Assembly: GCF_012295525.1 (NCBI RefSeq)
Contig: NZ_CP051167.1
Coordinates: forward strand, 5,813,299-5,877,298
Source: Oxynema aestuarii AP17
GTDB taxonomy: Bacteria; Cyanobacteriota; Cyanobacteriia; Cyanobacteriales; Laspinemataceae
Direction: 5' to 3'
DNA: 64,000 nt
Below are positions 29,393 through 39,971 of the stretch, piece by piece. Position numbers and translations under genes: made by a program. The notes beneath the pieces are model-generated. The model did no database searches and had not been told where the DNA came from. It saw nothing but the letters and a program-made list of their open reading frames with translations. Each line of letters opens with the position of its first letter. The stretch's first letter is position 1.

Positions 29393-29531
29393 TATCCCCC
29401 CTTCGCCCCCTATCCCCCCTTCGCCCCCCTTTCAAAGGGGGGTTGGGGGGATGGTTGGGGGGATTTCGGGGGGAACGAGTAGGGGTTTGGTCACCAAACC
29501 CCTACCTGGCGAGGGGGATTTAGGGGGATCT
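29393..29531. repeat. dispersed C6/G6-hairpin repeat element (solo copy, minus orientation relative to the 43.5-kb copy)
   Basis: The element contains ccccccttt-caaagggggg, ggggttggggggatttcgggggg and ggggtttggtcaccaaacccc. It shares gatccccctaaatccccc...cccccgaaat...cccctttgaaaggggg with 43466..43575 when reverse-complemented, and shares aaggggggttggggggatttc with the 62.5-kb array. Confidence 0.7.
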
Positions 29532-29574
29532 AAATGTCTTACATAGCAGAGGAAAATGCTGTAGATTGAAACCA

Positions 29575-29624
29575 CTAAAAAAGCCTGTAGGGCGGGCAAA
29601 CTAACATCTAAATGCCCGCCTCCA
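29575..29624 (-). terminator. rho-independent terminator of the metzincin paralogue (gggcgggca...tgcccgcc hairpin followed by T-tract on the minus strand)
   Basis: The plus strand reads aaaaaag-cctgtagggcgggcaaactaacatctaaatgcccgcctcc. Confidence 0.55.
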
Positions 29625-29656
29625 GGGAACCCCTTCAACTGCCCTCTCCCAAGGAC

Positions 29657-32557
29657 CTAAAACGACTGAATCTGTGCGTCTAAGGTCTTATCAATACGGG
29701 CGCGGGTTTCTTGTAAATGCGCCTTGCTAGCCGTCTCTAAATGTTTGCCGCGTTTGTCCACAGTTCGATCGATCGCCTCGCGCAGTTGTTTTAACTGATA
29801 CCAGGCTAACGTCCGGGCCTCTTCGGGAACGGGCGATCGCCGCAACACCATATTCATCAACAAACCGAGATCCTCCCGTTGTAACGAACGGCGCACGCTC
29901 GAAATTTCCGTCAAACCGTCGCGATTGTCAAGCACTTCCGTCCAAATCCCCCGTTGGAGGGTATCGAACAACTCCGTTAACGTCAGGATTTCTCCCGGTT
30001 GCGCCTTCAACTCCAAATCGTGCAGGCGCGTCAGGCGTTGGTCGGACAGCAGAGCCCGTAAAACCAGACGCTGCAACAGCAAAATCCGTTGGTGAATCGG
30101 GTAATCCAGGGGGAACACAATCGGCAGACTGCCCCAGTGATACCAGCGATCGGGGGCTAATTTATTGAGCAATTGGGGCGGAAATTGGAGGGCGTTGTCG
30201 TCAAAGACGTATTCTTGCAGCAATGCCAAACTTTCTCGTTGTTTTTCGATCGCCACAGGTTCAAACGGCAAGCGTCCTTCCCGATCCCCCGCGTGGTTGC
30301 GATTGAACCACTGACCGCCGACGTACAAGGTCGCATTCATGACATTGCGGATGTAGAAAAAATACACCATGTCAAAAATTTCGCGCACCTCGCTGTAACT
30401 TTCCCCGGAGACCGGATAGCGCTTGTCCAGACGTTCCCACATCTCGCGGGCGTTGTCGAGTTGCCATCGGGAAAATTGCAGCATATCGCCACTCATGTCG
30501 AACAAATTCGCCCCCGGATTGAGGATATCCATCGTATCCTCATCCGGTGCGTAAGCGAGTTCCGGGTCGCCAGCGCGACGGGCGATCGCCTCTAAATCCC
30601 GGCGTTCTAACGCCGTAGACATCGCCTCAAGCGGCTTGTAACCGTATTCGATCGCCCATTCGTCGTAAGGTCCGACCACCACCGGATAAAAATCCCCTTG
30701 TTCCACCCCCGGCGGCGCCAAATTCACCGGAACGTAATCCATCACCGAAGCGACCAACCCTTTCGTGCGGGTAATGCTGCGATCGTGCAACTGTTCCGGC
30801 GCCAGCATCGTACTACCGTGGAAATTATGCCGCAATCCCAACGTATGACCGACCTCGTGGGCCACTAAAAAAGTCAGGTACTGATTGAGATAGGTTTCCA
30901 TTTCCGGGCCACTGGGTAAGGCATTGTGGAACATCGACAGCCCCAGGGACCCGATCGCGAACTGCTGGGGCGCTTCCATGCCGTAGCACAAATCGTAACG
31001 CTCCATCATGTCGGCGACAAAACCTTTGAGAGGCGTGGGAACCGCCGTGGCGCGCCGATCCGTTGCCCCCTCACTCGTCGCGATCTCCATATCCCCCGTA
31101 ATTCCGGGCAAACAGAGCAGGTCGTTGCCCAACGTTTTACCTAAAAACTGAGTGCTGGCGGTCGGTTCTTCCCCGACCCAATTGCGAAATTCTTTCTGAA
31201 TCAAGCGGACAATATTGCCGTCAATTAAAATATCCGCATCTAAAATCTCTCCCGTGAGCGGATTGACCCGAGACGGGCCGATTCCGGCAAACCACGGATC
31301 GAACGAATTCATCCAGCGAATCGTATTATAGCGGACGTCTGCGGGGTTCCATTCCGCATCGTCGGGCATTTCCCGCGCTTCGATCGCATCGATAAATCCC
31401 GCTTTTTCAAATGCTTTATTCCACGCCAAAATCCCCTCGCGGATCGCGTCGCGATATTCCACGGGAACCGTATTTTCGATCCAGAAGACGATCGGTTGTT
31501 TGGGAGGGGAAAGGGGGGCGTCGGGATTTTGTTTTTCTAAATGCCAGCGATTGATATAGCGGGTAAAGGCTTCTTTACGGTTTTCGTCGGCATAATCGCG
31601 ATAGGCGGTGATGAAATAACCGATGCGATTGTCGGCGAGGCGGGGACGGTAGCCGTTGTTTTCCGGTAAGGCGGAAATACTGTAGTTGAGGCGCAGGGTA
31701 AAGCCGCGATTGTCGGGGAGGGCTTCTAAGTTGGTAAAGCTATCTTCACCGCCTGTATAGCCGTAAACGGTTTCGATTTCGACATTGAGGGGAAAGGTTT
31801 GCACCCGGGAGAAGCGGGATTGTTCCGGGTCGCGGACGTAGGACCCGCGCAGCATAAACGGAATCATCGCACTCAACCCACTGAGGTCGCGACCGTCTAA
31901 GAGGAGGGTGTTTAAGTCAACGAGGAGGCTTTGGCGGTCGGGATGAATGCTTTTGATGGGGAGAACGGCGAGAACGGAATCGCTGAAGGAGCGATCGAGC
32001 GATCGCGCCATGGGATCGCCGGGACGGGTGCGAAAGTAAACGTTACGCACGACAAATTCGATTTTGTCGTTGACCCGATGGAAGTAAAAGAGCAAGTTTT
32101 GCAAGGGCATCCCGTCGAACAATCCCCGTTCGCCAATTCCGGACGCCAGGGAGATCGCGCAGAGGAAGTTTTTATCGAGTTGTTGGGGTTGGAGTTCGAG
32201 GAAGAGGGCGTTTTTCTTGTCGTTGCGATACAGGGAAAACAATCCTTCTTGTGGTTCGGTATCGGCGATCGCCTCGTCGAATTTTTCGAGGTTGTCTTCT
32301 AGGTCGTTAGTTTCGGAATCGTCGTCGGCGGCGGATTCCGGGCTTTCTACGGTTGGGGGTTCGGTCTCGGTCTGTCCGGTGACTTTAAAGGGAACCAAAC
32401 TCCAGGCGATCGGTAGGATAACGAAGGCCAAAAATAAAAGTAGAAATTGCCTGAATCGATGTGGCCATCGAGACTGGACCGGGGTGCGATCGCGCGGGCG
32501 AATCCCCCGGACAAACTTTCGTAAGTGTGCGAAATAAGACCCCAATGTTCTGATCAT
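29657..32557 (-). CDS. large secreted/membrane-anchored zinc metalloprotease, paralogue of 19055..21928
   Basis: The HEVGHTLGLRHNFHGS motif is present. Long collinear blocks are shared with the first paralogue, for example NPLTGEILDADILIDG and RYNTIRWMNSFDPWFAGIGPSRV. An N-terminal hydrophobic anchor FLLLFLAFVILPIAWSL is present. ATG at 32557 (the annotated GTG is at 32665). Confidence 0.8.
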   Translation of the reverse strand: MIRTLGSYFAHLRKFVRGIRPRDRTPVQSRWPHRFRQFLLLFLAFVILPIAWSLVPFKVTGQTETEPPTVESPESAADDDSETNDLEDNLEKFDEAIADTEPQEGLFSLYRNDKKNALFLELQPQQLDKNFLCAISLASGIGERGLFDGMPLQNLLFYFHRVNDKIEFVVRNVYFRTRPGDPMARSLDRSFSDSVLAVLPIKSIHPDRQSLLVDLNTLLLDGRDLSGLSAMIPFMLRGSYVRDPEQSRFSRVQTFPLNVEIETVYGYTGGEDSFTNLEALPDNRGFTLRLNYSISALPENNGYRPRLADNRIGYFITAYRDYADENRKEAFTRYINRWHLEKQNPDAPLSPPKQPIVFWIENTVPVEYRDAIREGILAWNKAFEKAGFIDAIEAREMPDDAEWNPADVRYNTIRWMNSFDPWFAGIGPSRVNPLTGEILDADILIDGNIVRLIQKEFRNWVGEEPTASTQFLGKTLGNDLLCLPGITGDMEIATSEGATDRRATAVPTPLKGFVADMMERYDLCYGMEAPQQFAIGSLGLSMFHNALPSGPEMETYLNQYLTFLVAHEVGHTLGLRHNFHGSTMLAPEQLHDRSITRTKGLVASVMDYVPVNLAPPGVEQGDFYPVVVGPYDEWAIEYGYKPLEAMSTALERRDLEAIARRAGDPELAYAPDEDTMDILNPGANLFDMSGDMLQFSRWQLDNAREMWERLDKRYPVSGESYSEVREIFDMVYFFYIRNVMNATLYVGGQWFNRNHAGDREGRLPFEPVAIEKQRESLALLQEYVFDDNALQFPPQLLNKLAPDRWYHWGSLPIVFPLDYPIHQRILLLQRLVLRALLSDQRLTRLHDLELKAQPGEILTLTELFDTLQRGIWTEVLDNRDGLTEISSVRRSLQREDLGLLMNMVLRRSPVPEEARTLAWYQLKQLREAIDRTVDKRGKHLETASKAHLQETRARIDKTLDAQIQSF

Positions 32558-32843
32558 TTGCGGTTTGAGTATACAAATAGCTTTCCGATCGCTCGGCGGT
32601 GGTTTCGATCCCTCGGGGGCGATCGGACGGTAACGAGCGATCGCCCCCGAGGGTAAAGATATCACTTAGAACTAAAAAGAGGATGACCTGTCGGAATGTG
32701 CTGAACATTATCCCCTCAACGGCTCCTCGCAGGGCGAAATCTTTCAGTTCGAGGAAGGCGACGCACCCGAGCTAGCAAACCTCGATTTTTCTTAACCTTA
32801 TTGTAAAGATTTTCGGAGGCGATCGCCCGTCCCTGCTCCGATC

Positions 32844-35800
32844 CTACTGAGTTCGCGGCCAGGGAATCATCGGATCTTGCGACAGGTGAACCGAGACTTC
32901 GTAAGCGCCGTAGCGGTTGAGGTGACTCGGATCGGAAAAATGCTCGTTTTGTGACGGCCACAAATCGCTCAAGTCCCGGAAGTTAAACCCTTGATTTTCA
33001 ATCGACAAGCGCAGCATGTAGGTTTGAAATTGGTCTTCGTATTCCTGGCGCACCGGATCGAGATATTCCTCGGTGAGGGGTAAATTAATAAAGACCACGG
33101 GAATTTGTTGCGCTTGGGTTAACTCCAGCAAATTTTTGAGCGCTGCGGTTTGAATCCCGTTGAGTTGGAACGATTCGTAATCCGCATCGTAATCCCCAGA
33201 GACCCGAGCGTGTTTTTCGTAATAGGTATTGGGATCGAAGCGAATCGATAAGGGTAAAAAGCCGTTGGGTTGGGTGCCGAGTAACAAGTCCGAACTCGAT
33301 CGCGCCAAGGCTTGACGCCGTTCTGGGTCGATGTCGTTCCCGGCAGCTATTTCCGGGGTTTCCGCCACCGTCGGGGTGGCGCCGTCGTCGTTCGAGGGGG
33401 CGGCGAGTTGGGAAAGCATCTCGGTGGCGGCGGCGTGGAGGCGATCGCGTCGGGGGTAAATGGCCGATCGCCCCGCCAGCGCGTCGTTGAGCCAGTCGTT
33501 CAAGTTCTCGTAACTGTGTCTGAGTGAGAGTTGTCCTTTTGCCGTCGCCGCCAGGGCCTCACTGAGGGACGCCAGGGAGCGATCTCCGCGATCGTCCGCA
33601 CTTTCGGGCATCGCGGGACGAACCCCGCGCTGGATTTCCCGGTAACCTTCGGAAGCGACGATCGCCTCGAAAGTGCGATCGTCCCGCCCGCTATTAAACG
33701 CCCGGGCGCCGTCGGCCCATAAAATTAATTTCGGTAACTGTTCCACGGGAATCAACTCGCGCACGATGAAATCGACCACTTGCGCCGTGGCGCCGTTGAC
33801 GCCGAAATTAAACACGTTCAAGTTGGGATAGCGATCGGCCAATTCTTTTTCTAAATTCACCGGATCCACCCCCCGCAAGGCGCGGGAACTGCCGACGATC
33901 AGCACGTCCGGCGTTCCTTCCCGGGCGACAAATTCTAAATAACTGGCGATTTGTCGGTCTAACTGGTCGCTATTGAACGAGGGAAACTCGTAACTGAAGC
34001 CCTCATCTGCCGCCGTTTGGGCTCGGGTAAAACCGGACTCGTCGAAAACCGCATTCTCGGCGTTGGCGTCGGTGGCGGGCGCTTCCGGCGAGCTGACCTC
34101 GAGCGATCGCCCCTCCGTCGGTTCTCCCTCGGTTTGGGTCAGGGCGATCGCGCCGTCGCTGCTTTCCGGTGGCGGCCACGACTGGCCCCCGAGGAAGCGG
34201 TCCGCTTGTACCACCAACAACAAGCCCAACGCGCCCCAAACCAGGGCGATCGGCGTCCGGTTGGTGTTTCCCGTGGGAATTGCCTTTTGGGTGACGAACA
34301 GACCCGTTTTCAGCAACGCCCGCGCCAGACCCTTGCGTTTCGATCGCGGTTGGTCGCTCGCAGGGGTAGGGGTTTTAGTCAGACAGGCTTGCAAGTCGTC
34401 TTGGGTAAAGTCCGGATGCAGGATCAGCCCGCCGGGTTCCGGGAGCAAGTCATTACTGTCGGTTTCGCTGACAGCAAACTCCGGCGCCGTTTCGGTCCGA
34501 GCCGATCCGGCGCTGAAGTCGGTAGCGTGGCGCCATTGGGGGTGTTTTTGTCCGGCGCGGCGTCCGTAGAGGCGCACTCCGGCGAACGCCTCGATATCGA
34601 GTTGGCGCAGGAATTTGGCAATTTTCGGAGCCAATTCGCTTTGTTGGGGACAGATCGGAGCGTCGAGCATCACGTGGAGGATGTCCCCTTTTTGGCGCAG
34701 GGAGACGCGAATCCCGCCAGTGGCCAATTTGGTATCGAGATCCGGGTTGAGCAGGCGATCGAGTAAAAATTGGAGGGCGTCAAGATTGCCCTGACGGGCC
34801 AGTTCCATCGACGAGAAGGACAAGTCGGGATCCCGAGCTGCCCCGATCTCGATCCAGTCCACCCACAGGGGCGGAGCTTGGGAGTGCTGCGCACTTTGCA
34901 GGGGGTCGCGACAGCCGTAGAGGGTGGCGGCGTGAATGCCTTGGGGGGCGATCGCCTCCAGTACGGGAGTAATGGCGGCGATCGTCGTTTCCTTGTGGAT
35001 TTTGAGGTTTGCCGAGTCGAAGTTCTCGACCCGGTCGGGATTGGCGTAACCGCAGAACAAGTGCAAGGTGGACTCTTTGAGAACGCCGGAGACCCGTCCC
35101 CCGGTTTTGAGCAAGGCGCGATCGAGCAGTCGGGCGATCGCCTGCACGTCCCCCCATTTTGCCCAGGTTTGCAACATCGTCGTCGCCGGAGTCAGATCCA
35201 CGCGCAGGATCCATTCCGGCTTGTTTTCCCCACGGACTTGTCCGAGAATCACCGCATCTTGGAAGCCGTCGAGTTCGAGGTCGCGCACTCGTTCCGCCAC
35301 GGGTTCGGCGAGCAGGGACGGCTCGGGAATGTACCCCGACTGACAGAAGATCCAGAGGCGTTGGGGCGCCGGGGTCGCTTCCGGGGCTTCGGACTTGCGA
35401 GTTTTGACCTCCGAGATCGTCACCTTGACCGAGACGCCGAAGACGCTGAGGGTTTCGCTCAAATAGCGTTCGACCACCTGCACCAATGCTCCGTGTCCGT
35501 CGCGATCGCCCCGGCGGGACAGTTGGCGCGCCCACCGTTGGAGGCGGTCGGGGGCGGGTGGCGCTCCTGCCTCTTCCGAGGGCGGTGTAGGGGCGGTGCT
35601 GGCGTCGTCCACGCGATCGCGGACTTCCGGATTTTGGGGATCCAGACGCACGGTCCACAGGGGTCGTTTTTGGCCGAAGGCGCGACCGTAGAGAAAGACC
35701 TCGTAAATTTGGGGCCGGTCCGGAGGCAGCAAACTTTGAAGCGCAGTGGTTTGCAACCCCCGAGCGAAATTCGACTCGACGATCGCCCTCGGCGGACAAA

Positions 35801-35972
35801 CCGGGCCTTCACAGAGTAGGTGTAAATTGTTGCCGCGAATTTGCACCTGAAGCTTTAAGCCCGGAAGCTCCAAGGTTTTAGCGGCCCATTGGATTAACAT
35901 TGACCGACTGTGTGTTTCCACCCCTTCGTGAGTCCTTAACATTGTCGGTGTCGATTCCCCGATCTGCGTCAT
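32844..35972 (-). CDS. 1042-aa membrane protein with four N-terminal ~90-aa tandem repeats of an unknown domain, one TM helix, and a C-terminal SGNH/DltD-AlgJ-like(?) domain
   Basis: ATG start. Four repeats each contain L(H/W)(L/I)xC...LYG(R/C)xxGxxxPxW. The TM helix is IALVWGALGLLLVVQ. The C-terminal ~450 aa carry LIVGSSRALRGVDP...VFNFGVNGATAQVV. Confidence 0.75.
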   Translation of the reverse strand: MTQIGESTPTMLRTHEGVETHSRSMLIQWAAKTLELPGLKLQVQIRGNNLHLLCEGPVCPPRAIVESNFARGLQTTALQSLLPPDRPQIYEVFLYGRAFGQKRPLWTVRLDPQNPEVRDRVDDASTAPTPPSEEAGAPPAPDRLQRWARQLSRRGDRDGHGALVQVVERYLSETLSVFGVSVKVTISEVKTRKSEAPEATPAPQRLWIFCQSGYIPEPSLLAEPVAERVRDLELDGFQDAVILGQVRGENKPEWILRVDLTPATTMLQTWAKWGDVQAIARLLDRALLKTGGRVSGVLKESTLHLFCGYANPDRVENFDSANLKIHKETTIAAITPVLEAIAPQGIHAATLYGCRDPLQSAQHSQAPPLWVDWIEIGAARDPDLSFSSMELARQGNLDALQFLLDRLLNPDLDTKLATGGIRVSLRQKGDILHVMLDAPICPQQSELAPKIAKFLRQLDIEAFAGVRLYGRRAGQKHPQWRHATDFSAGSARTETAPEFAVSETDSNDLLPEPGGLILHPDFTQDDLQACLTKTPTPASDQPRSKRKGLARALLKTGLFVTQKAIPTGNTNRTPIALVWGALGLLLVVQADRFLGGQSWPPPESSDGAIALTQTEGEPTEGRSLEVSSPEAPATDANAENAVFDESGFTRAQTAADEGFSYEFPSFNSDQLDRQIASYLEFVAREGTPDVLIVGSSRALRGVDPVNLEKELADRYPNLNVFNFGVNGATAQVVDFIVRELIPVEQLPKLILWADGARAFNSGRDDRTFEAIVASEGYREIQRGVRPAMPESADDRGDRSLASLSEALAATAKGQLSLRHSYENLNDWLNDALAGRSAIYPRRDRLHAAATEMLSQLAAPSNDDGATPTVAETPEIAAGNDIDPERRQALARSSSDLLLGTQPNGFLPLSIRFDPNTYYEKHARVSGDYDADYESFQLNGIQTAALKNLLELTQAQQIPVVFINLPLTEEYLDPVRQEYEDQFQTYMLRLSIENQGFNFRDLSDLWPSQNEHFSDPSHLNRYGAYEVSVHLSQDPMIPWPRTQ

Positions 35973-36845
35973 CTGCTCCTTAGAGATAGCATATCTCAGA
36001 CCGAAGTTGACAGCGAAGGCGGGGTCAGCCCGGAGATCGATCTTCTACAGCACCGAAGCGATCGCCACCGGGAAAATTCGACCGGAAATTTACTCGGAAT
36101 TGACTCAGTTGTATCGGAGGTCACTTCGAGAGGACAACCTGCCAATTTTACAATGAGAGCGGTACCTTTCTAAAAGCTGCCCGCACTCGACGGGAAGGCG
36201 ATCCCCCGTCTCTCAATATTCAGATGTAAAGGCCGTCGCGATCGCGACGAGCGCTTTTCCACCTTCGACCTCATTTATTTTTTAGGACTTTTTTCATGAA
36301 TGAGACTCCCCCCCCCTCTCCCTTCGATCCCGTAGCGGATCTTCCCGAGATCGAGCTATCTTCCTCAGTTCTCGTCAGTCTGGCCACCCCATCGGTTCTA
36401 TTGGCCATTTTGGGAACCCAGGCGATCGGCGAAATGTTACAATCCCTCGGTCAAGCCAGTGAAGAAATCTTTCGCGGCGATCGTCTGCCCGTGCTTCACT
36501 TTCCCCCGCGAAGCTCGGAAAATTCCTGATGTTTTACGACCCTTTATTGCTTTTTCAGCCTGATGCTTCCTCTTTGTGGTTGGGGATTGCACCGTTTCGC
36601 CCTCGCCCTCAAATGGCCGATCGAGGAGTTGAGTTCAATTGGTCAACAAACCCAGGTTTTTTCTATTCCAAACTGCAAAAATCGGGCTGAATTTTGACCC
36701 GACAATGCCCGCCCCTTTATCCATCAAAAACGATTTACCGCATCATCGCTCGGCCTCAATTCACTGGGGCAAAGCTTCAAAAACATCGTGAATTCCGCCT
36801 AAAATTGTGGAATCTCCTCCCTCATCTGGCATAGGATCTAGACTC

Positions 36846-39800
36846 ATGCGACTCCAATCCTCAAACCCACTCATGACGGTCAATTCATCCGACCTATTTC
36901 TGCGCCATCGCCTCAAAGTAGTGGAGGACTTATGGGAGTCCGTACTCTGCTCGGAGTGCGGTCAGGAATTGGTGGATTTACTTGGCAAACTACGTTTGCT
37001 CTCTTCCCCTGAAGGACAAGCGCCCGATTCGTCGGAATCGGCGGCGATCAAACTGATCGAACGACTGGAAATTAATGATGCGATTCGAGCTGCGCGGGCC
37101 TTTGCTCTCTATTTCCAATTAATTAATATCGTCGAGCAACATTACGAACAGCGCAATCAATTGCTCGGCTTCGTCCCCAGTCTCTCGACCACGGAAACCA
37201 ACGGCAATCGCTCGTCTCAACCCAGTTTCGATCGCGCCGCTTCGGCTACCCTGAGTGCCGCCCCCGCGCCGATTTCGGAAGGTTCGCGACGGGATTCGGC
37301 GACCTTCGAGGGACTGTTTCCCAAGTTGCGCCGTCTCAACGTCCCGCCGCAACAAATCCAGAGGTTGATGGAAAATCTGGATATTCGGTTAGTGTTTACG
37401 GCCCACCCGACGGAAATCGTGCGCCATACCCTGCGCTCCAAACAACGGCGGGTTGCCAAAATCCTGCAACAACTCGATTACGTCGAACAGCGCCTCCACG
37501 CCGGGGGGCTCGAATCGTCTTGGGAATCGGAAGCGCTCACCGCTCAACTGACCGAAGAAATTCGTCTCTGGTGGCGTACCGACGAGCTGCACCAGTTCAA
37601 ACCGAGCGTTCTCGACGAAGTAGACTATACCCTGCACTATTTTAAAGAGGTGCTCTTCGATGCGGTGCCGGAACTGTACAAACGGCTGACGCGATCGCTC
37701 CATCACTCTTTCACCCATCTGCAAGCCCCCAATAAAAATTTCTGCAAGTTCGGCTCTTGGGTCGGCGCCGACCGCGACGGCAACCCCTCGTGTACTCCGG
37801 ACGTCACCTGGAAAACCGCTTGCTACCAGCGCCATCTGGTTTTGGAAAAATACATTACCTCGATCCAAAACCTAATTTCAATTCTCAGTTTGTCCTTACA
37901 CTGGAGTGACGTCCTGCCGGAGTTACTCGAATCGTTGGAACAAGACCGCTTGCAAATGGGCGGTCTTTACGAACAACTGGCGATCCGCTACCGTCACGAA
38001 CCCTACCGCTTGAAACTGTCCTACGTCCTCAAGCGTCTGGAAAATACCCGCGATCGCAACTGGCAGCTCTACGAAGAGGAAGACTGGCAACGCCACCTCC
38101 CCGAAGTCAAAACGACGGCGATGTACACCTCCGGCGGCCAATTCCTCGACGAACTGCGCCTGATCGAACGCAACTTAGCCGCGACGGGGTTTAGTTGTAC
38201 CGAATTAGAAAAACTGATCTGCCAAGTCGAAATCTACGGCTTTAACTTAGCCCATCTCGACATCCGCCAGGAATCCTCCCGTCACAGCGACACCGTCGGC
38301 GAAATTGCAGATTACTTGCAAGTGTTACCCAAGCCCTACGACGAACTCGGCGAAGAGGAACGGGTCGAGTGGCTGGTCTCGGAACTGCAAACCCGACGGC
38401 CTCTGATTCCCTCAAAATTGCAATTTTCCGAAACAACTTGCGAGACGATCGCCACCTTGCGGATGGTGCGCACCTTGCAAGAAGAATTCGGCCCGGAAAT
38501 CTGCCAGACTTACGTGATCAGCATGAGCCACGAAGTCAGCGACTTGCTCGAAGTGCTGCTACTGGCCAAAGAAGCGGGACTGTACGACCCGGGAAGCGGC
38601 ATCGGCACCGTGCAAGTGGTTCCCCTCTTTGAAACCGTCGAAGACCTCAAACGCGCTCCCCGGGTGATGGAATCCTTATTCTCTCTCCCCCTCTATCGAG
38701 TCATGCTCGAAGGCGGCTATCAGGCGAGCGAGTTGCTCGCGGCGGCCCAAGAACGGGAGAACGGCGATCGCCCCGGTCGCGGCAATCTCAAAAGCGACGC
38801 CCACGTGCTCAAATTACAGGAAGTCATGCTCGGCTACTCCGACAGCAACAAAGATTCCGGCTTCCTCAGCAGCAACTGGGAAATTCACAAAGCCCAAAAA
38901 GCCCTGCAAAAAATTGCCGAAGCTCACGGGGTCACCTTGCGAATCTTCCACGGTCGCGGCGGTTCCGTCGGTCGCGGCGGCGGTCCGGCTTACGAGGCGA
39001 TTTTGGCTCAACCGGGACGCAGTATCAACGGACGCATTAAAATCACCGAGCAAGGGGAAGTGCTCGCGAGTAAGTACACCCTGCCGGAATTGGCCTTGTT
39101 TAATTTAGAAACAATTTCGACGGCGGTGATCGAGTCGAGTTTACTCGGTACCGGATTCGACAATATCGAACCGTGGAATCAGATCATGGAAGAACTGGCG
39201 GTGCGATCGCGCAAGCACTACCGTTCCCTGATCTACGAACAACCGGACTTTATCGATTTCTTCCTCGAAATTACCCCGATCGACGAAATCAGCAAACTGC
39301 AAATCTCCTCCCGTCCGGCGCGCCGCAGTTCCGGCAAGCGCGATTTAAGCTCCCTGCGCGCCATTCCTTGGGTGTTTAGCTGGACCCAAACCCGCTTCCT
39401 CCTCCCGGCGTGGTACGGGGTGGGAACGGCCCTGCAAGAGTTCTTACAACAAGAACCGGAAGAACATCTCAAGCTGTTCCGCTATTTCTATCTGAAATGG
39501 CCGTTTTTCAAAATGGTGATTTCTAAGGTGGAAATGACCCTGTCCAAGGTGGATTTGGAAATCGCCCACCATTACGTGCGCGAACTGAGTCAACCCCAGA
39601 ACCGCGATCGCTTTGAGGCGGTATTCGACCAAATCGCCAACGAATACGCCCTCACCCGAAATTTGGTGTTGCAAATTACCGAACACCAACGCCTGCTAGA
39701 CGGCGATCCCGATTTGCAACGGTCGGTGCAGTTGCGCAACGGCACGATCGTTCCCCTCGGCTTTTTGCAAGTCTCCTTACTCAAGCGCCTGCGCGAACAC

Positions 39801-39914
39801 CAAACCCATTCGGTTCCCGGCGTGATTCACTCGCGCTACAGTAAGGGTGAACTGCTGCGCGGGGCGTTGTTAACCATCAACGGGATCGCTGCGGGAATGC
39901 GAAACACGGGTTAA
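36846..39914 (+). CDS. ppc: phosphoenolpyruvate carboxylase
   Basis: The [14 protein letters not shown] (TAHPT) motif and the C-terminal GMRNTG are present. Total length is about 1020 aa. The start is ambiguous among GTG 36807, ATG 36846 and ATG 36873. Confidence 0.9.
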   Translation: MRLQSSNPLMTVNSSDLFLRHRLKVVEDLWESVLCSECGQELVDLLGKLRLLSSPEGQAPDSSESAAIKLIERLEINDAIRAARAFALYFQLINIVEQHYEQRNQLLGFVPSLSTTETNGNRSSQPSFDRAASATLSAAPAPISEGSRRDSATFEGLFPKLRRLNVPPQQIQRLMENLDIRLVFTAHPTEIVRHTLRSKQRRVAKILQQLDYVEQRLHAGGLESSWESEALTAQLTEEIRLWWRTDELHQFKPSVLDEVDYTLHYFKEVLFDAVPELYKRLTRSLHHSFTHLQAPNKNFCKFGSWVGADRDGNPSCTPDVTWKTACYQRHLVLEKYITSIQNLISILSLSLHWSDVLPELLESLEQDRLQMGGLYEQLAIRYRHEPYRLKLSYVLKRLENTRDRNWQLYEEEDWQRHLPEVKTTAMYTSGGQFLDELRLIERNLAATGFSCTELEKLICQVEIYGFNLAHLDIRQESSRHSDTVGEIADYLQVLPKPYDELGEEERVEWLVSELQTRRPLIPSKLQFSETTCETIATLRMVRTLQEEFGPEICQTYVISMSHEVSDLLEVLLLAKEAGLYDPGSGIGTVQVVPLFETVEDLKRAPRVMESLFSLPLYRVMLEGGYQASELLAAAQERENGDRPGRGNLKSDAHVLKLQEVMLGYSDSNKDSGFLSSNWEIHKAQKALQKIAEAHGVTLRIFHGRGGSVGRGGGPAYEAILAQPGRSINGRIKITEQGEVLASKYTLPELALFNLETISTAVIESSLLGTGFDNIEPWNQIMEELAVRSRKHYRSLIYEQPDFIDFFLEITPIDEISKLQISSRPARRSSGKRDLSSLRAIPWVFSWTQTRFLLPAWYGVGTALQEFLQQEPEEHLKLFRYFYLKWPFFKMVISKVEMTLSKVDLEIAHHYVRELSQPQNRDRFEAVFDQIANEYALTRNLVLQITEHQRLLDGDPDLQRSVQLRNGTIVPLGFLQVSLLKRLREHQTHSVPGVIHSRYSKGELLRGALLTINGIAAGMRNTG

Positions 39915-39971
39915 TCCAGGTCTCGACGTGGCGGCTTGTCGCCCGATCGCCCCGGAGAGGGGCTTAACACC

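Noticed and set aside
29432-29638. 68-aa ORF (and 43476..43658, 60 aa) encoding Gly/Pro-rich peptides
   Set aside because: These are translations of the C6/G6 hairpin repeat element. They are better explained as a non-coding dispersed repeat.
36296-36529. 77-aa ORF upstream of ppc
   Set aside because: No RBS, motif or conservation evidence is available. It could be a small protein but is unsupported.
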